IMG/VR virus record: IMGVR_UViG_3300021254_000013
Location: 1-32,308 of that record
Origin: a virus
Direction: 5' to 3' (one strand)
Length of the DNA: 32,308 nt
The position numbers and the translations under genes are program-made. The notes under the pieces were generated by a model. That model was not told where the DNA came from. It saw only the letters and a list, made by a program, of their open reading frames with translations, and searched no databases. Positions 17,733 through 25,381 of the stretch are shown piece by piece. Every line of letters starts with the position of its first letter. Within the stretch, counting starts at the first letter, position 1.

Positions 17733-18233
17733 TTAGTCTCCGCTCATCAACTCCTTGAGTCCTTCGAGCTCTTGCTCTTCTTTGCTCTTGTTCGCGATGC
17801 CGATTCCGAATCTTGCTCTTCCAACTGGCGAGAGGCAAAGCTGTTCGGCGAGAGAAATGACCACCTTGACTTGCTCATTCATAATAGTTCGGACTTTGTT
17901 GAGTGTTCTCTGCTCGTCTTTGTCTTCAGAGAAAACCTTTCCGCATGCCTTCCACTGCGCTTGTGCTTCCTTCCACATGGCGACCGCCTCGCAATACATT
18001 GACAATGCGGATATATCCAAGTCGTTCATGATTTTGGCATCCATTTTGCGATAGAGTCTCATAACCCTTCGCCACTCTTTCTGGGCGACTGCGGAGAGCT
18101 CCTTTGGGCACGATAGATTGTTGTCAGTCTTCAATCGGTTCTCGGTGTTCTTTCTCGCCTCTAAAAAAGCGTTGGATTTCTTCGCTTTTTTTTGGTCATA
18201 CATTTCAGCTGGCTTTGCTTTTCTTCCGCCCAT
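17733..18233 (-). CDS. terS: Terminase small subunit, P27 family (166 aa)
   Basis: The ATG at 18233 follows aagggagat. MGGRKAKP...SCPKELSAVAQKEWRRV is P27-like. Lies directly upstream of terL. Confidence 0.8.
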   Translation of the reverse strand: MGGRKAKPAEMYDQKKAKKSNAFLEARKNTENRLKTDNNLSCPKELSAVAQKEWRRVMRLYRKMDAKIMNDLDISALSMYCEAVAMWKEAQAQWKACGKVFSEDKDEQRTLNKVRTIMNEQVKVVISLAEQLCLSPVGRARFGIGIANKSKEEQELEGLKELMSGD

Positions 18234-18396
18234 AGTCAATCTCCCTTTTCTTTGTATAAAATCCGATAACTGCTCACAACTTCCCTCAAGTGGTCGCCAT
18301 TTGCTTGAAATATCGAACAAAAGTGGCGAAAGATTTCGGAAAGTCGGTCATATATATAATTCGTGTGAGGCGCCGGTATTTTTTAGGCGCTTTTTC

Positions 18397-18729
18397 TCAC
18401 TTTGACCCCTGGGGGGGTATCCCTTGAGGGTCACTTATTGTCACGTTTCCGTTTTCATCGAACTCCACAATCTTGCCAGTTTCATCGACAGAACGAATGG
18501 AATCGTGGCAAGATTTGCAAAGCACCATCAAGTTATCTTTGCCCAGTGCGATTGTTGGGTCGTCGACGTTCTCGTCAGTGACTGGGATGATGTGGTGGAC
18601 TTCGGTTCCTGGGTTCTTATGGCATCGTTGACAGATGCCACGAGCTTCGGCAATCATAGCAAGGCGACACTTCTTCCATTTGGTCGACCGATAGAACTTG
18701 TCGACCTTCTCTCCATACTTTGACGGCAT
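18397..18729 (-). CDS. HNH endonuclease (110 aa), packaging-associated
   Basis: CQRC...EVHHIIPV...LCKSCH motif. Positioned just upstream of P27 terS, as in cos-type HK97-like phages. Confidence 0.9.
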   Translation of the reverse strand: MPSKYGEKVDKFYRSTKWKKCRLAMIAEARGICQRCHKNPGTEVHHIIPVTDENVDDPTIALGKDNLMVLCKSCHDSIRSVDETGKIVEFDENGNVTISDPQGIPPQGSK

Positions 18730-18739
18730 AGCTTAGACC

Positions 18740-18991
18740 TCACTCAATTGGTAGCCATGGGAAGAAGTAGTGAACACCCTTTGGAGCGGATGCGCCACCG
18801 ATAGCACTCCAGAGAAAGAAAGCCACATAAATGGCAATAATAAGAAGCACGAGGATGAAGAAAAACCACTTTGCAATTCTTAACATGAGTCTCGAATCTC
18901 CTTTCTTTTTCTCTCCGGAATGGGTTGTCTTGTCTTCCTGGTTGTCGGATGGATTCTCTCGTTCTTCTTGTTCTTCGTTGTAGTCAATCAT
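18740..18991 (-). CDS. Small membrane protein (83 aa), first gene of the late operon
   Basis: The ORF-track start at 19054 is a TTG. The ATG at 18991 follows aaggagaccgcatc. Has one strong TM segment, WFFFILVLLIIAIYVAFFLW. Confidence 0.5.
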   Translation of the reverse strand: MIDYNEEQEERENPSDNQEDKTTHSGEKKKGDSRLMLRIAKWFFFILVLLIIAIYVAFFLWSAIGGASAPKGVHYFFPWLPIE

Positions 18992-19244
18992 GATGCGGTC
19001 TCCTTGTGCTGGTTCTCTTTGGTTATTTGAATAAGTGAGCTCCCTCGCGTCCAAGAGAGAAAACGCGACAAGGTCAGGTGTAAAACCCTTAATGGCTTTT
19101 GTGTGTATGTGATGAGCTTATCAAGGCAAGAGACAAGGGAGCTCTGTTATCTCTCCGTGGAGTATGGAAGAAATAGGAGGACTCCACGCGTGGCATCAAA
19201 ACACTCGTCGGAAGAAGAGAGAAACATCCATCCCCCTTCTTCCT

Positions 19245-19285
19245 AGAAAGAAAAAGAACGAGACAATCACGAATGATTGCTCGTT
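19245..19285 (-). terminator. Rho-independent terminator ending the early operon
   Basis: The minus strand reads acgagcaatca-ttcg-tgattgtctcgt (12 bp, one bulge) followed by tctttttctttct. Confidence 0.7.
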
Positions 19286-19379
19286 CATTATCAAGTAAGT
19301 CACAAGTTAAGTCTAATTTTGAAAGCTTCGGTGCCTAGAAAGTGGCGGATTTATGGGAATAATTTGTTGCAAGTGGTGC

Positions 19380-19598
19380 CTAGTTGATGCTGAAGATATA
19401 GCCTCTTTCTCCCATGTCCGCGTAAAGAGGTGCCAAAGTATAGTCTTTTCCATAGGTTTTCTCGAGGAACTCAAGTGCTTCTTGTTTGTTTTCTTCCAGG
19501 GATTCGCCCATCCAGTATTTGCGATAATAGACACGCTTGTCGCCTTCGTAGATGGCTATGTCTCCATTGTCCTGGAGAACGAGTGTAATTGTTTTCAT
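19380..19598 (-). CDS. Hypothetical protein (72 aa)
   Basis: ORF track. ATGA coupling to the upstream gene. Confidence 0.6.
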   Translation of the reverse strand: MKTITLVLQDNGDIAIYEGDKRVYYRKYWMGESLEENKQEALEFLEKTYGKDYTLAPLYADMGERGYIFSIN

Positions 19599-20383
19599 AC
19601 GTTCAATTGGTCTTCTTCCACAAGGACAGAAAGAACATCTATGTAGTTTTCTATAATCAGCTCTTTCTTTTTCTTCATGAGGTTTTTGAACTCGGCATCA
19701 TCTTTCTCCATTGTAAGCAATCCGACAAGATACTTTTTCGGATACTTCATCAATTTACTTTTGGTCATTTCGTCTTCTCCCACATAGCACCATGATTGAG
19801 GCGCTCTCTTTAATCCGAAGTCGCTTAGTTTCTTTGGCTCATCGAATATTTCTAGGTCAGAGATGAACCATGCGCCGAAGCCACCGAACAACTCCGATTT
19901 CTCACTAATATACAGCGCAAGTTCCTTTTCCGTAAGGCATGAGGCTTTAAGGATTTCTTTTAGTCTAGGTTCTTCCCACCCCCACTTTTTTGCATCTGCA
20001 ATACCGATGTAGGGGTCGTATTCTTGACGAAGGTTAACCTTGTGAGGCAACACTATTCCATCTTCTGGGATATAGGTAGAACAACCGAAGGCTTTTATTT
20101 TTTCTAAGCGGAACTTGGCAACGACTTTGCCATTTAGAAAATCACAATCCGCATATTGTGGTATGTTTCTTTTATCGTTAAATAGTGAATACCCCTCATA
20201 TCCACCAAACCCAGTGTTAGGCAGTTCTTCATAAACAAGTGTTTGGCTACCTTTCGTGCAGTAGATGAACACGTCAATCGGCAACGTGCATTTAGGAGCG
20301 TCTCCCCTTATCTCGATTGTCTTCTCGCCGTTTAGGATTTTGGCTACCCATTCGGGCTTAATACTTATTAGAATTGATTTCAT
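19595..20383 (-). CDS. ASCH (PUA-like) domain protein (262 aa)
   Basis: N-terminus ISIKPEWVAKILNGEKTIEIR and distal RAPQSWCYV are typical of phage ASCH proteins. Confidence 0.7.
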   Translation of the reverse strand: MKSILISIKPEWVAKILNGEKTIEIRGDAPKCTLPIDVFIYCTKGSQTLVYEELPNTGFGGYEGYSLFNDKRNIPQYADCDFLNGKVVAKFRLEKIKAFGCSTYIPEDGIVLPHKVNLRQEYDPYIGIADAKKWGWEEPRLKEILKASCLTEKELALYISEKSELFGGFGAWFISDLEIFDEPKKLSDFGLKRAPQSWCYVGEDEMTKSKLMKYPKKYLVGLLTMEKDDAEFKNLMKKKKELIIENYIDVLSVLVEEDQLNV

Positions 20384-20547
20384 ATCAGTTCCAATTCTCC
20401 TTTTATTTCTTTCTTTCCGACTCTTCGCACAATTTTGCGAAGGTAGTGTTTGTCATCTCTTATCTGGTTTCGCCTAGCGTTCTGGCAATAGAACTTCTTT
20501 GCGAACTTATCCATTGGATGGAGTTTTCGATATTGGTTGCCTTTCAT
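20380..20547 (-). CDS. Small very basic protein (55 aa, below the ORF-track cutoff)
   Basis: Hand translation gives MKGNQYRKLHPMDKFAKKFYCQNARRNQIRDDKHYLRKIVRRVGKKEIKGELELI. RBS gaggtgga. ATGA overlaps at both ends. Confidence 0.45.
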   Translation of the reverse strand: MKGNQYRKLHPMDKFAKKFYCQNARRNQIRDDKHYLRKIVRRVGKKEIKGELELI

Positions 20548-20777
20548 TCTTCCACCTCGATTCTTTGTTTAAGATTTTTCGTGATACGATATTTTCTATA
20601 AGGGATTTTGATAAGAATATCCGTCTCGGCTTTTTCAGGGTTTTCCATTTCCGACCATTTTATGCCTAACTCAAGACACAAGAGTTTGATTCTATCAATT
20701 TTGTCTTGTGCCTTTTCAGTTTCTGTTCTTTCGTGGTCTTTCTCTTGAACATTTTCAAATACTATTGGGACAATCAT
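20544..20777 (-). CDS. Hypothetical protein (77 aa)
   Basis: ORF track. ATGA coupling at both ends. Confidence 0.55.
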   Translation of the reverse strand: MIVPIVFENVQEKDHERTETEKAQDKIDRIKLLCLELGIKWSEMENPEKAETDILIKIPYRKYRITKNLKQRIEVEE

Positions 20778-21094
20778 TTTCTCTCTTCCTCTTCAAGTAA
20801 TTCTTGGTTGAGATTCCAGCGGATGTTGTTCAGATATTTGAGCTCCAAGGAGATGGTATCCTTGACGGAACCACTCTCCCAGGCTTGATATTTATCCAGT
20901 GCTGTGTCCTTCTGCGCTTCAGAGATGATGTCACATCCATACGCTTCGAGAATCTCTTCTTCGCTGTTGTATTCTTGCCCATCAATCTCGATTTTGAAGG
21001 CTTCCTTCTTGACTACATTTGCCTTCTTCCTGGCGATGATTTTGTCAAACTCTTTGAGTAAGTTTTTTAAAGCAGTGATTTTCTCTTTGTCCAT
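20774..21094 (-). CDS. Hypothetical protein (106 aa)
   Basis: The internal ATG at 21094 (MDKEKITALK) follows aggagaacgaataaa. The longer ORF-track start would overlap the upstream gene by 70 nt. Confidence 0.55.
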   Translation of the reverse strand: MDKEKITALKNLLKEFDKIIARKKANVVKKEAFKIEIDGQEYNSEEEILEAYGCDIISEAQKDTALDKYQAWESGSVKDTISLELKYLNNIRWNLNQELLEEEERK

Positions 21095-21095
21095 T

Positions 21096-21767
21096 TTATT
21101 CGTTCTCCTCGTCAGTGGCTTGGATGATGTATTCTTGCTCGGCCAAGAACTTCTCGGCATAGTCATGGCAGAAGATTGACTTTAACGCGTAGGCGATAGA
21201 CCACTCCGACACCGAGTAGTCGAGAACCATGACTCTTGATAAGAAGGAGCTTGCCTTTTCATTCAAGAGTTTTTCCCAGTCGACTTGGAAAACGTTCTCG
21301 ATGTTCAAGAAAGTGAAGGTTTGAAAGAAGATAAGACTTCTCCAGCCCATCAACCCTTTGCATGTTCTAGTTCTTAGAGCGTTCTCGATACTATGCTGGT
21401 ATCTCTCCAGGGTAGGGAACTCCTTCACAATGCGCTTGGCTGTTTCCTTGTAATCAATCGAGGAGCGGTTCATGCGGAAGAGGTTCTCGGCAATTTGTGC
21501 CGGCTCGAAGTTAAGAATCTCTTCCTTTGAAATCCGGTTGCATGTCATCTCGGTTTCGGTCTCGTTCAGAACACGAACACCAAGTTCTTCTTCGACAAGG
21601 GTCATGTTGATGTTGTTTCCGAGATAGATTTCACGGACTCCTTCTTTCTCTCTCATGACTCTCCATGGCACATCATAAGTCTTTGTCATGTCTTGGATGC
21701 GCTTGAATGCTCGGAGAGCGAACTCTCTGTTGGGTGTAATTCTTCCGACAATTGTTTCTTCGTTCAT
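21096..21767 (-). CDS. Hypothetical protein (223 aa)
   Basis: ORF track. RBS gaaaggaaaaaaag. Confidence 0.7.
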   Translation of the reverse strand: MNEETIVGRITPNREFALRAFKRIQDMTKTYDVPWRVMREKEGVREIYLGNNINMTLVEEELGVRVLNETETEMTCNRISKEEILNFEPAQIAENLFRMNRSSIDYKETAKRIVKEFPTLERYQHSIENALRTRTCKGLMGWRSLIFFQTFTFLNIENVFQVDWEKLLNEKASSFLSRVMVLDYSVSEWSIAYALKSIFCHDYAEKFLAEQEYIIQATDEENE

Positions 21768-21783
21768 TTTTCTTTTTTTCCTT

Positions 21784-22155
21784 TCAAAACAGACTCAGCT
21801 GTTCGTTAACTTCGTATCTTCTTAATGGGTGGTCAAGGTGCATGTCGATGAAGTCGATGATTTGTGGAGTTAAGTCTTCATCATCGGCAACTTTCAATCG
21901 ACCTCCGCCAGCGTCTTTTTCTTCCCAGTCGAATGAGAGGCAAAGATGATTCGCTAGACTTTCGGCACAATAGGCGCTCGAGTCATTTCTATGGTCTCGG
22001 AATCCGAAGACCACCTTTCTCTTCACATTTTTTCTTGTGACTTCGATTTTCTCGAACACGTTCTTCTTGATTTCAAGCTCGGCGAAGGTGTTTTTGATGA
22101 GCTCCGTCAGTGCTTCTTCATTTGTGATTTTTGCTTTTGTTCTTTTTTCTTCCAT
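21784..22155 (-). CDS. Hypothetical protein (123 aa)
   Basis: The internal ATG at 22155 (MEEKRTKAK) follows gaggaaaccgc. Confidence 0.6.
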   Translation of the reverse strand: MEEKRTKAKITNEEALTELIKNTFAELEIKKNVFEKIEVTRKNVKRKVVFGFRDHRNDSSAYCAESLANHLCLSFDWEEKDAGGGRLKVADDEDLTPQIIDFIDMHLDHPLRRYEVNEQLSLF

Positions 22156-22264
22156 GCGGTTTCCTCGCTTTGATTCTTTTTCTTTGGAACGCGAACACGA
22201 TGACAACCGGAAGGAGCAAGGCTCCGAGAACAAACAGAACAGCTTCCAGTGCTTCATTCATCAT
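22118..22264 (-). CDS. Possible single-pass membrane peptide (48 aa)
   Basis: Hand translation gives MMNEALEAVLFVLGALLLPVVIVFAFQRKRIKARKPHGRKKNKSKNHK. RBS aaggagacgaaacg. It overlaps the next start by 38 nt. Confidence 0.3.
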   Translation of the reverse strand: MMNEALEAVLFVLGALLLPVVIVFAFQRKRIKARKPHGRKKNKSKNHK

Positions 22265-22391
22265 CGTTTCGTCTCCTTCTCTTTGGTCTCCTGGAGATGT
22301 GACTCCTTGACTTGCTGTTGATGATTAAGACCATCACTGCGAAGAGTAGGAATGTTCCCAGAAGGATTGACAAGATTTGTTTAATTGTCAT
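22254..22391 (-). CDS. Possible single-pass membrane peptide (45 aa)
   Basis: Hand translation gives MTIKQILSILLGTFLLFAVMVLIINSKSRSHISRRPKRRRRNDDE. RBS aaaggagaaacgcacgcac. Confidence 0.35.
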   Translation of the reverse strand: MTIKQILSILLGTFLLFAVMVLIINSKSRSHISRRPKRRRRNDDE

Positions 22392-22478
22392 GTGCGTGCG
22401 TTTCTCCTTTTCAAGATTTGGCGAGGTAGGGAGCCAAGGCTATGCCTCGCCGGAGTTTATGTGAGTTGGGATTTATTG

Positions 22479-22808
22479 TCATTTCATGTTGATGAAGGCT
22501 TTGAGTCCTTCAATGGTTTGCTCAAGCTCTCGTTTTATGCCCTCTAAGGCTTGCAAAGCTTCAAGGGGTGTAATTGTTCGTTTTTCTCTCTCAATGCGCT
22601 CAGCGCCTCGATTTGAGGGGGTCTCGCGTGTTTTAGCGATTGTTGGTTCCCCACGTTGGAGCTTTTGACTCTCTTTCTTAGCTCTATCTATGGTTTCGGA
22701 GAACTCTTGGAGAGCCTTCTCACACCATGCAAGACAAGTCTTCTTCTTTGAGCAAGTAAGGCATGCCTCAGCAAGTAGCCCTTCGGTTTTCTCAGGAACT
22801 GGACTCAT
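22479..22808 (-). CDS. Hypothetical Cys-containing protein (109 aa)
   Basis: The ATG at 22808 overlaps the replisome-organizer stop (ATGA). Contains CLTCSKKKTCLAWC. Confidence 0.6.
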   Translation of the reverse strand: MSPVPEKTEGLLAEACLTCSKKKTCLAWCEKALQEFSETIDRAKKESQKLQRGEPTIAKTRETPSNRGAERIEREKRTITPLEALQALEGIKRELEQTIEGLKAFINMK

Positions 22809-23704
22809 AGGATGCGGAGCTCCTTGAGGTTTTGGGAGAGTTGGGATTGTAGGTCTTCCGGAGTGGATTTGTTCATCTCGATTCCCTCTGGTGTGTATTC
22901 CCACATCTCAAGGCAACGATTGTCTTCTCGCTTCCAGTATTGGTCGGAAAGGTATCTCTTAATCCCTGGAATGAATCGACCATCTTGTCGGCGCCATTCG
23001 TCACCCAGTTCGGAGTCGATAAGTTTGTGATGGAGAACGGTCAGAAGGAGTGGATATTCGGTGCTCGGAATGGCTAGGAAATCGTCACGAATTGAGTCGA
23101 TGGTTTTCTTGCGAGTTTCCGGATAGAGTTTCCAGAAAATGTTGAGGCATTCCGTGTCGTAATCCGTAGAGGTTTGAGAGAGATTTTTTTCTGGGTCAGC
23201 GCTCGCGCATGCGTGCGCGCCCGTCTTGTCTTTTACTTCTTCTTTTACCTCTTCTTTTAATTCTTCTTTTGGTGTGACAATTTGTCGTAGGGGGTGTGAC
23301 ATTTTGTCACAGGGGGTGTGACATTTTGTCACAGGGGGTGTGACATTTTGTCCTAGGTGGTTGTGACATTTTGTCACTTGTTCTTGTGACATTTTGTCAC
23401 ATCTTTTTAGCCACTCTTTTTTGTCAGTGATGGTGTATTCTGAGGCGGTTCCGTTGACCTTGATTGCGGTCACGAGTTTCCTATCTTTTAGGGTCTGGAG
23501 AACTCTTATAATTGTTCTCCTGTTTGCTCCTGTTCTTGCACTTAAATTATCTTGGCTTGGATGAACGTTGTTGAAGCGTGTTGAGTAGTCATAAATGACC
23601 GCGAAGACAAGGAGCTCATTTCCAGCAAGACCGAGTTCTTGAACCATCCAGTCATAGACTTTGAAAAATGATTCGCTGGCATAGATTTGGGATGATTCTT
23701 TCAT
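22805..23704 (-). CDS. Replisome organizer / replication initiator (299 aa; alternative start 23719)
   Basis: Winged-helix-like N-terminus (LLVFAVIYDYS...SQDNLSARTGANRRTIIRVLQTLKDRKLV). Iterons lie inside the gene. The ATG at 23704 follows aaaggaga. Confidence 0.7.
   Translation of the reverse strand: MKESSQIYASESFFKVYDWMVQELGLAGNELLVFAVIYDYSTRFNNVHPSQDNLSARTGANRRTIIRVLQTLKDRKLVTAIKVNGTASEYTITDKKEWLKRCDKMSQEQVTKCHNHLGQNVTPPVTKCHTPCDKMSHPLRQIVTPKEELKEEVKEEVKDKTGAHACASADPEKNLSQTSTDYDTECLNIFWKLYPETRKKTIDSIRDDFLAIPSTEYPLLLTVLHHKLIDSELGDEWRRQDGRFIPGIKRYLSDQYWKREDNRCLEMWEYTPEGIEMNKSTPEDLQSQLSQNLKELRIL
23274..23400. repeat. Six iterons GTGACAtttTGTCAC at 22-23 bp spacing (putative phage ori)
   Basis: Copies start at 23274, 23296, 23318, 23340, 23363 and 23386. 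Four are perfect and two are degenerate. Each is itself a 6-3-6 palindrome. Confidence 0.85.
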
Positions 23705-23715
23705 GTGGTCTCCTT

Positions 23716-23970
23716 TCATTTCTTAGTTGTGGTTTTCTTGCTCACACGTGGAGCGATTGTGTTCTTTTTCAGCTTGGCTATTTCCTCTTCGTTTTTTTTG
23801 ATGGCATCTCTTGCCTTCTTCCTGTCATCGGATTCCATATCCATTCGAGTGACGAGATTCGCCACCATGTAATTATCCATGGAAGCTCTCAGCATGGATG
23901 CCGTTAAGGTGCAGCCTTTGGCAAGTTCCGAGAGAAAGAGGAGCTCTCTGTCTGTTAACTTCAGCGCCAT
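23716..23970 (-). CDS. Hypothetical protein (84 aa)
   Basis: ORF track. RBS gaggt. Confidence 0.6.
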   Translation of the reverse strand: MALKLTDRELLFLSELAKGCTLTASMLRASMDNYMVANLVTRMDMESDDRKKARDAIKKNEEEIAKLKKNTIAPRVSKKTTTKK

Positions 23971-24224
23971 GTGGCGACCTCTTCAATCTTGTTGGGGTGT
24001 TGGTAGTAGTGGTTCATGTCGACGACATTGTAGGAGATGACTTCGCGATACATCGTGACTGCTTTGTAGCGTGGGTCACGCTTGAGCTTGTGATAGAGAT
24101 TGACCATGTCGAGGTCAGTCATTCTTCCTTTTTGGTGGATTTTATGTGTCGCAGTTCGGAAGCCGTAGGGCTCCTTTGCGACCAGTTCTTCAGTGACTAT
24201 CATCAACTTTCCGAGTGTTTTCAT
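23961..24224 (-). CDS. Hypothetical protein (87 aa)
   Basis: The ATG at 24224 (MKTLGKL) has an ATGA overlap with the upstream stop. RBS aaaggagtg. Confidence 0.55.
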   Translation of the reverse strand: MKTLGKLMIVTEELVAKEPYGFRTATHKIHQKGRMTDLDMVNLYHKLKRDPRYKAVTMYREVISYNVVDMNHYYQHPNKIEEVATWR

Positions 24225-24541
24225 TGCTTGTTCACTCCTTTCTTGTTCGTGACGGATGCGAAGAGGATGTTCTCTGACTGACCAGCTCTGACTTGGCATT
24301 CCTGGAGAGCAATGAAGCCTTCACGGAGTTTCAAGTCGCTGTTGAGAAGGATTTCGTTTGCGAGAGCTTTTTCAAGAAACTGGAAGGTGTTGATTGCTGT
24401 CTCTTTATTGCCCATGATGAACTCCATGTGGTAGTTCTCGGAGTCATCATCAATGGTTTTTTTGTCAATCATGATTTTGTATGAAACGAGGGAAGTATAT
24501 CTTCTCTCGAACTCTTCAACTTTCAATTTGTCTTTTGGCAT
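24221..24541 (-). CDS. Hypothetical protein (106 aa)
   Basis: ORF track. RBS gaaaggaaag. Confidence 0.6.
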   Translation of the reverse strand: MPKDKLKVEEFERRYTSLVSYKIMIDKKTIDDDSENYHMEFIMGNKETAINTFQFLEKALANEILLNSDLKLREGFIALQECQVRAGQSENILFASVTNKKGVNKQ

Positions 24542-24575
24542 GTTTCTTTTCTTTCCTTTCGAGTGAGGCGGTCTC

Positions 24576-25379
24576 TTAGGAGAAACCGCCGTATTTTTTA
24601 CAGATATAAATTGGGATGTTTGGGAAGTCCTGTCCGATGGCAGTTCTCATCTCGAACTCTCTTGCGTTCTTGTCACTTAGGTGCATCAAGAATATGGCTC
24701 GACATCTGCTCAAGTTCAGTGATTTCAGGAGCTTTCTCGTTCCGTAAAGACCCATGTGGGAGTTGTAGATTCTCTCATATCTCTTGACCAGTGGAATGTC
24801 GTTCTCCTTCTTGGCTTTGCTGTATTCGATGTGCAAAGATTGGTCAAGGTAGTTGCATTCCACAAAGGCAAGGTCAATCGGAATGGATGAAAGGTCACGC
24901 TTCACGCTTCTCGAGTCATTGATGAAGAGAATGTTGTCTCCGTTCATCTCATCGCGGATGATGAATCCCATCGATTCTGGAGCGTCATGTTCCACGTAGA
25001 AGGGCAAGACCATGACTTGAGGTGCGATGTATATTGGTTGCCAGTCGTGAAGGGTGTTGTATCGGTTCGGAGTGATGTCGACTTTGGAATCCTTGAGAGT
25101 GGATTCGGAAGCAAAGCACTGAATGCCTCTATCGTTGAGAATGTGGGCGCCTGCGCTGTGGTCATGGTGCAAGTGAGTGACAAGTAGCGCTTCGCTTTCT
25201 AGTGGACTAGGAGCGCCGTTTTTGAGGGCTCTCATGATGAGTTCTTTATAGGGGAACCCAGCTTCCACCATGATTTGGTGGAAGTGGGTGGGGTCGGCTG
25301 GGTCATAGAACTTGAAGATGTAGCTGTTGCCGGATGATGAACTTCCGAGGCAGAAGACCTCTGGAGAGTTCTCACTCAT
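24576..25379 (-). CDS. MBL-fold metallo-hydrolase (267 aa), probable nuclease partner of the recombinase
   Basis: HxHxDH motif (THLHHDHSAG). Lies immediately downstream of the RecT-like gene. Confidence 0.8.
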   Translation of the reverse strand: MSENSPEVFCLGSSSSGNSYIFKFYDPADPTHFHQIMVEAGFPYKELIMRALKNGAPSPLESEALLVTHLHHDHSAGAHILNDRGIQCFASESTLKDSKVDITPNRYNTLHDWQPIYIAPQVMVLPFYVEHDAPESMGFIIRDEMNGDNILFINDSRSVKRDLSSIPIDLAFVECNYLDQSLHIEYSKAKKENDIPLVKRYERIYNSHMGLYGTRKLLKSLNLSRCRAIFLMHLSDKNAREFEMRTAIGQDFPNIPIYICKKYGGFS

Positions 25380-25381
25380 AG

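Noticed and set aside
18405-18436. Inverted repeat tgaccc...gggtca with a G7 run, and the GGCGCC-containing hairpin at 18370..18395, as the cos site.
   Set aside because: The first lies inside the HNH coding sequence and the second has only a 5-bp stem. Neither can be told apart from chance without end-mapping data, so cos is left unassigned between 18234..18396 and 18992..19250.
18283-19376. Recurring AAGTGG hexamer (18289, 18322, 19341, 19371) as a possible regulatory motif near the packaging genes.
   Set aside because: A 6-mer is expected about 16 times by chance in 32 kb on two strands. The flanks are not conserved, except for the separately reported GGTGCCTAG repeat.
23274-23400. The regularly spaced repeats could be mistaken for a mini CRISPR array.
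   Set aside because: The repeats are only 15 bp with 7-8 bp between them. They lie inside an intact CDS, are individually palindromic, and sit next to an AT/pyrimidine-rich tract. That architecture is iteron/ori, not CRISPR. There are no cas genes.
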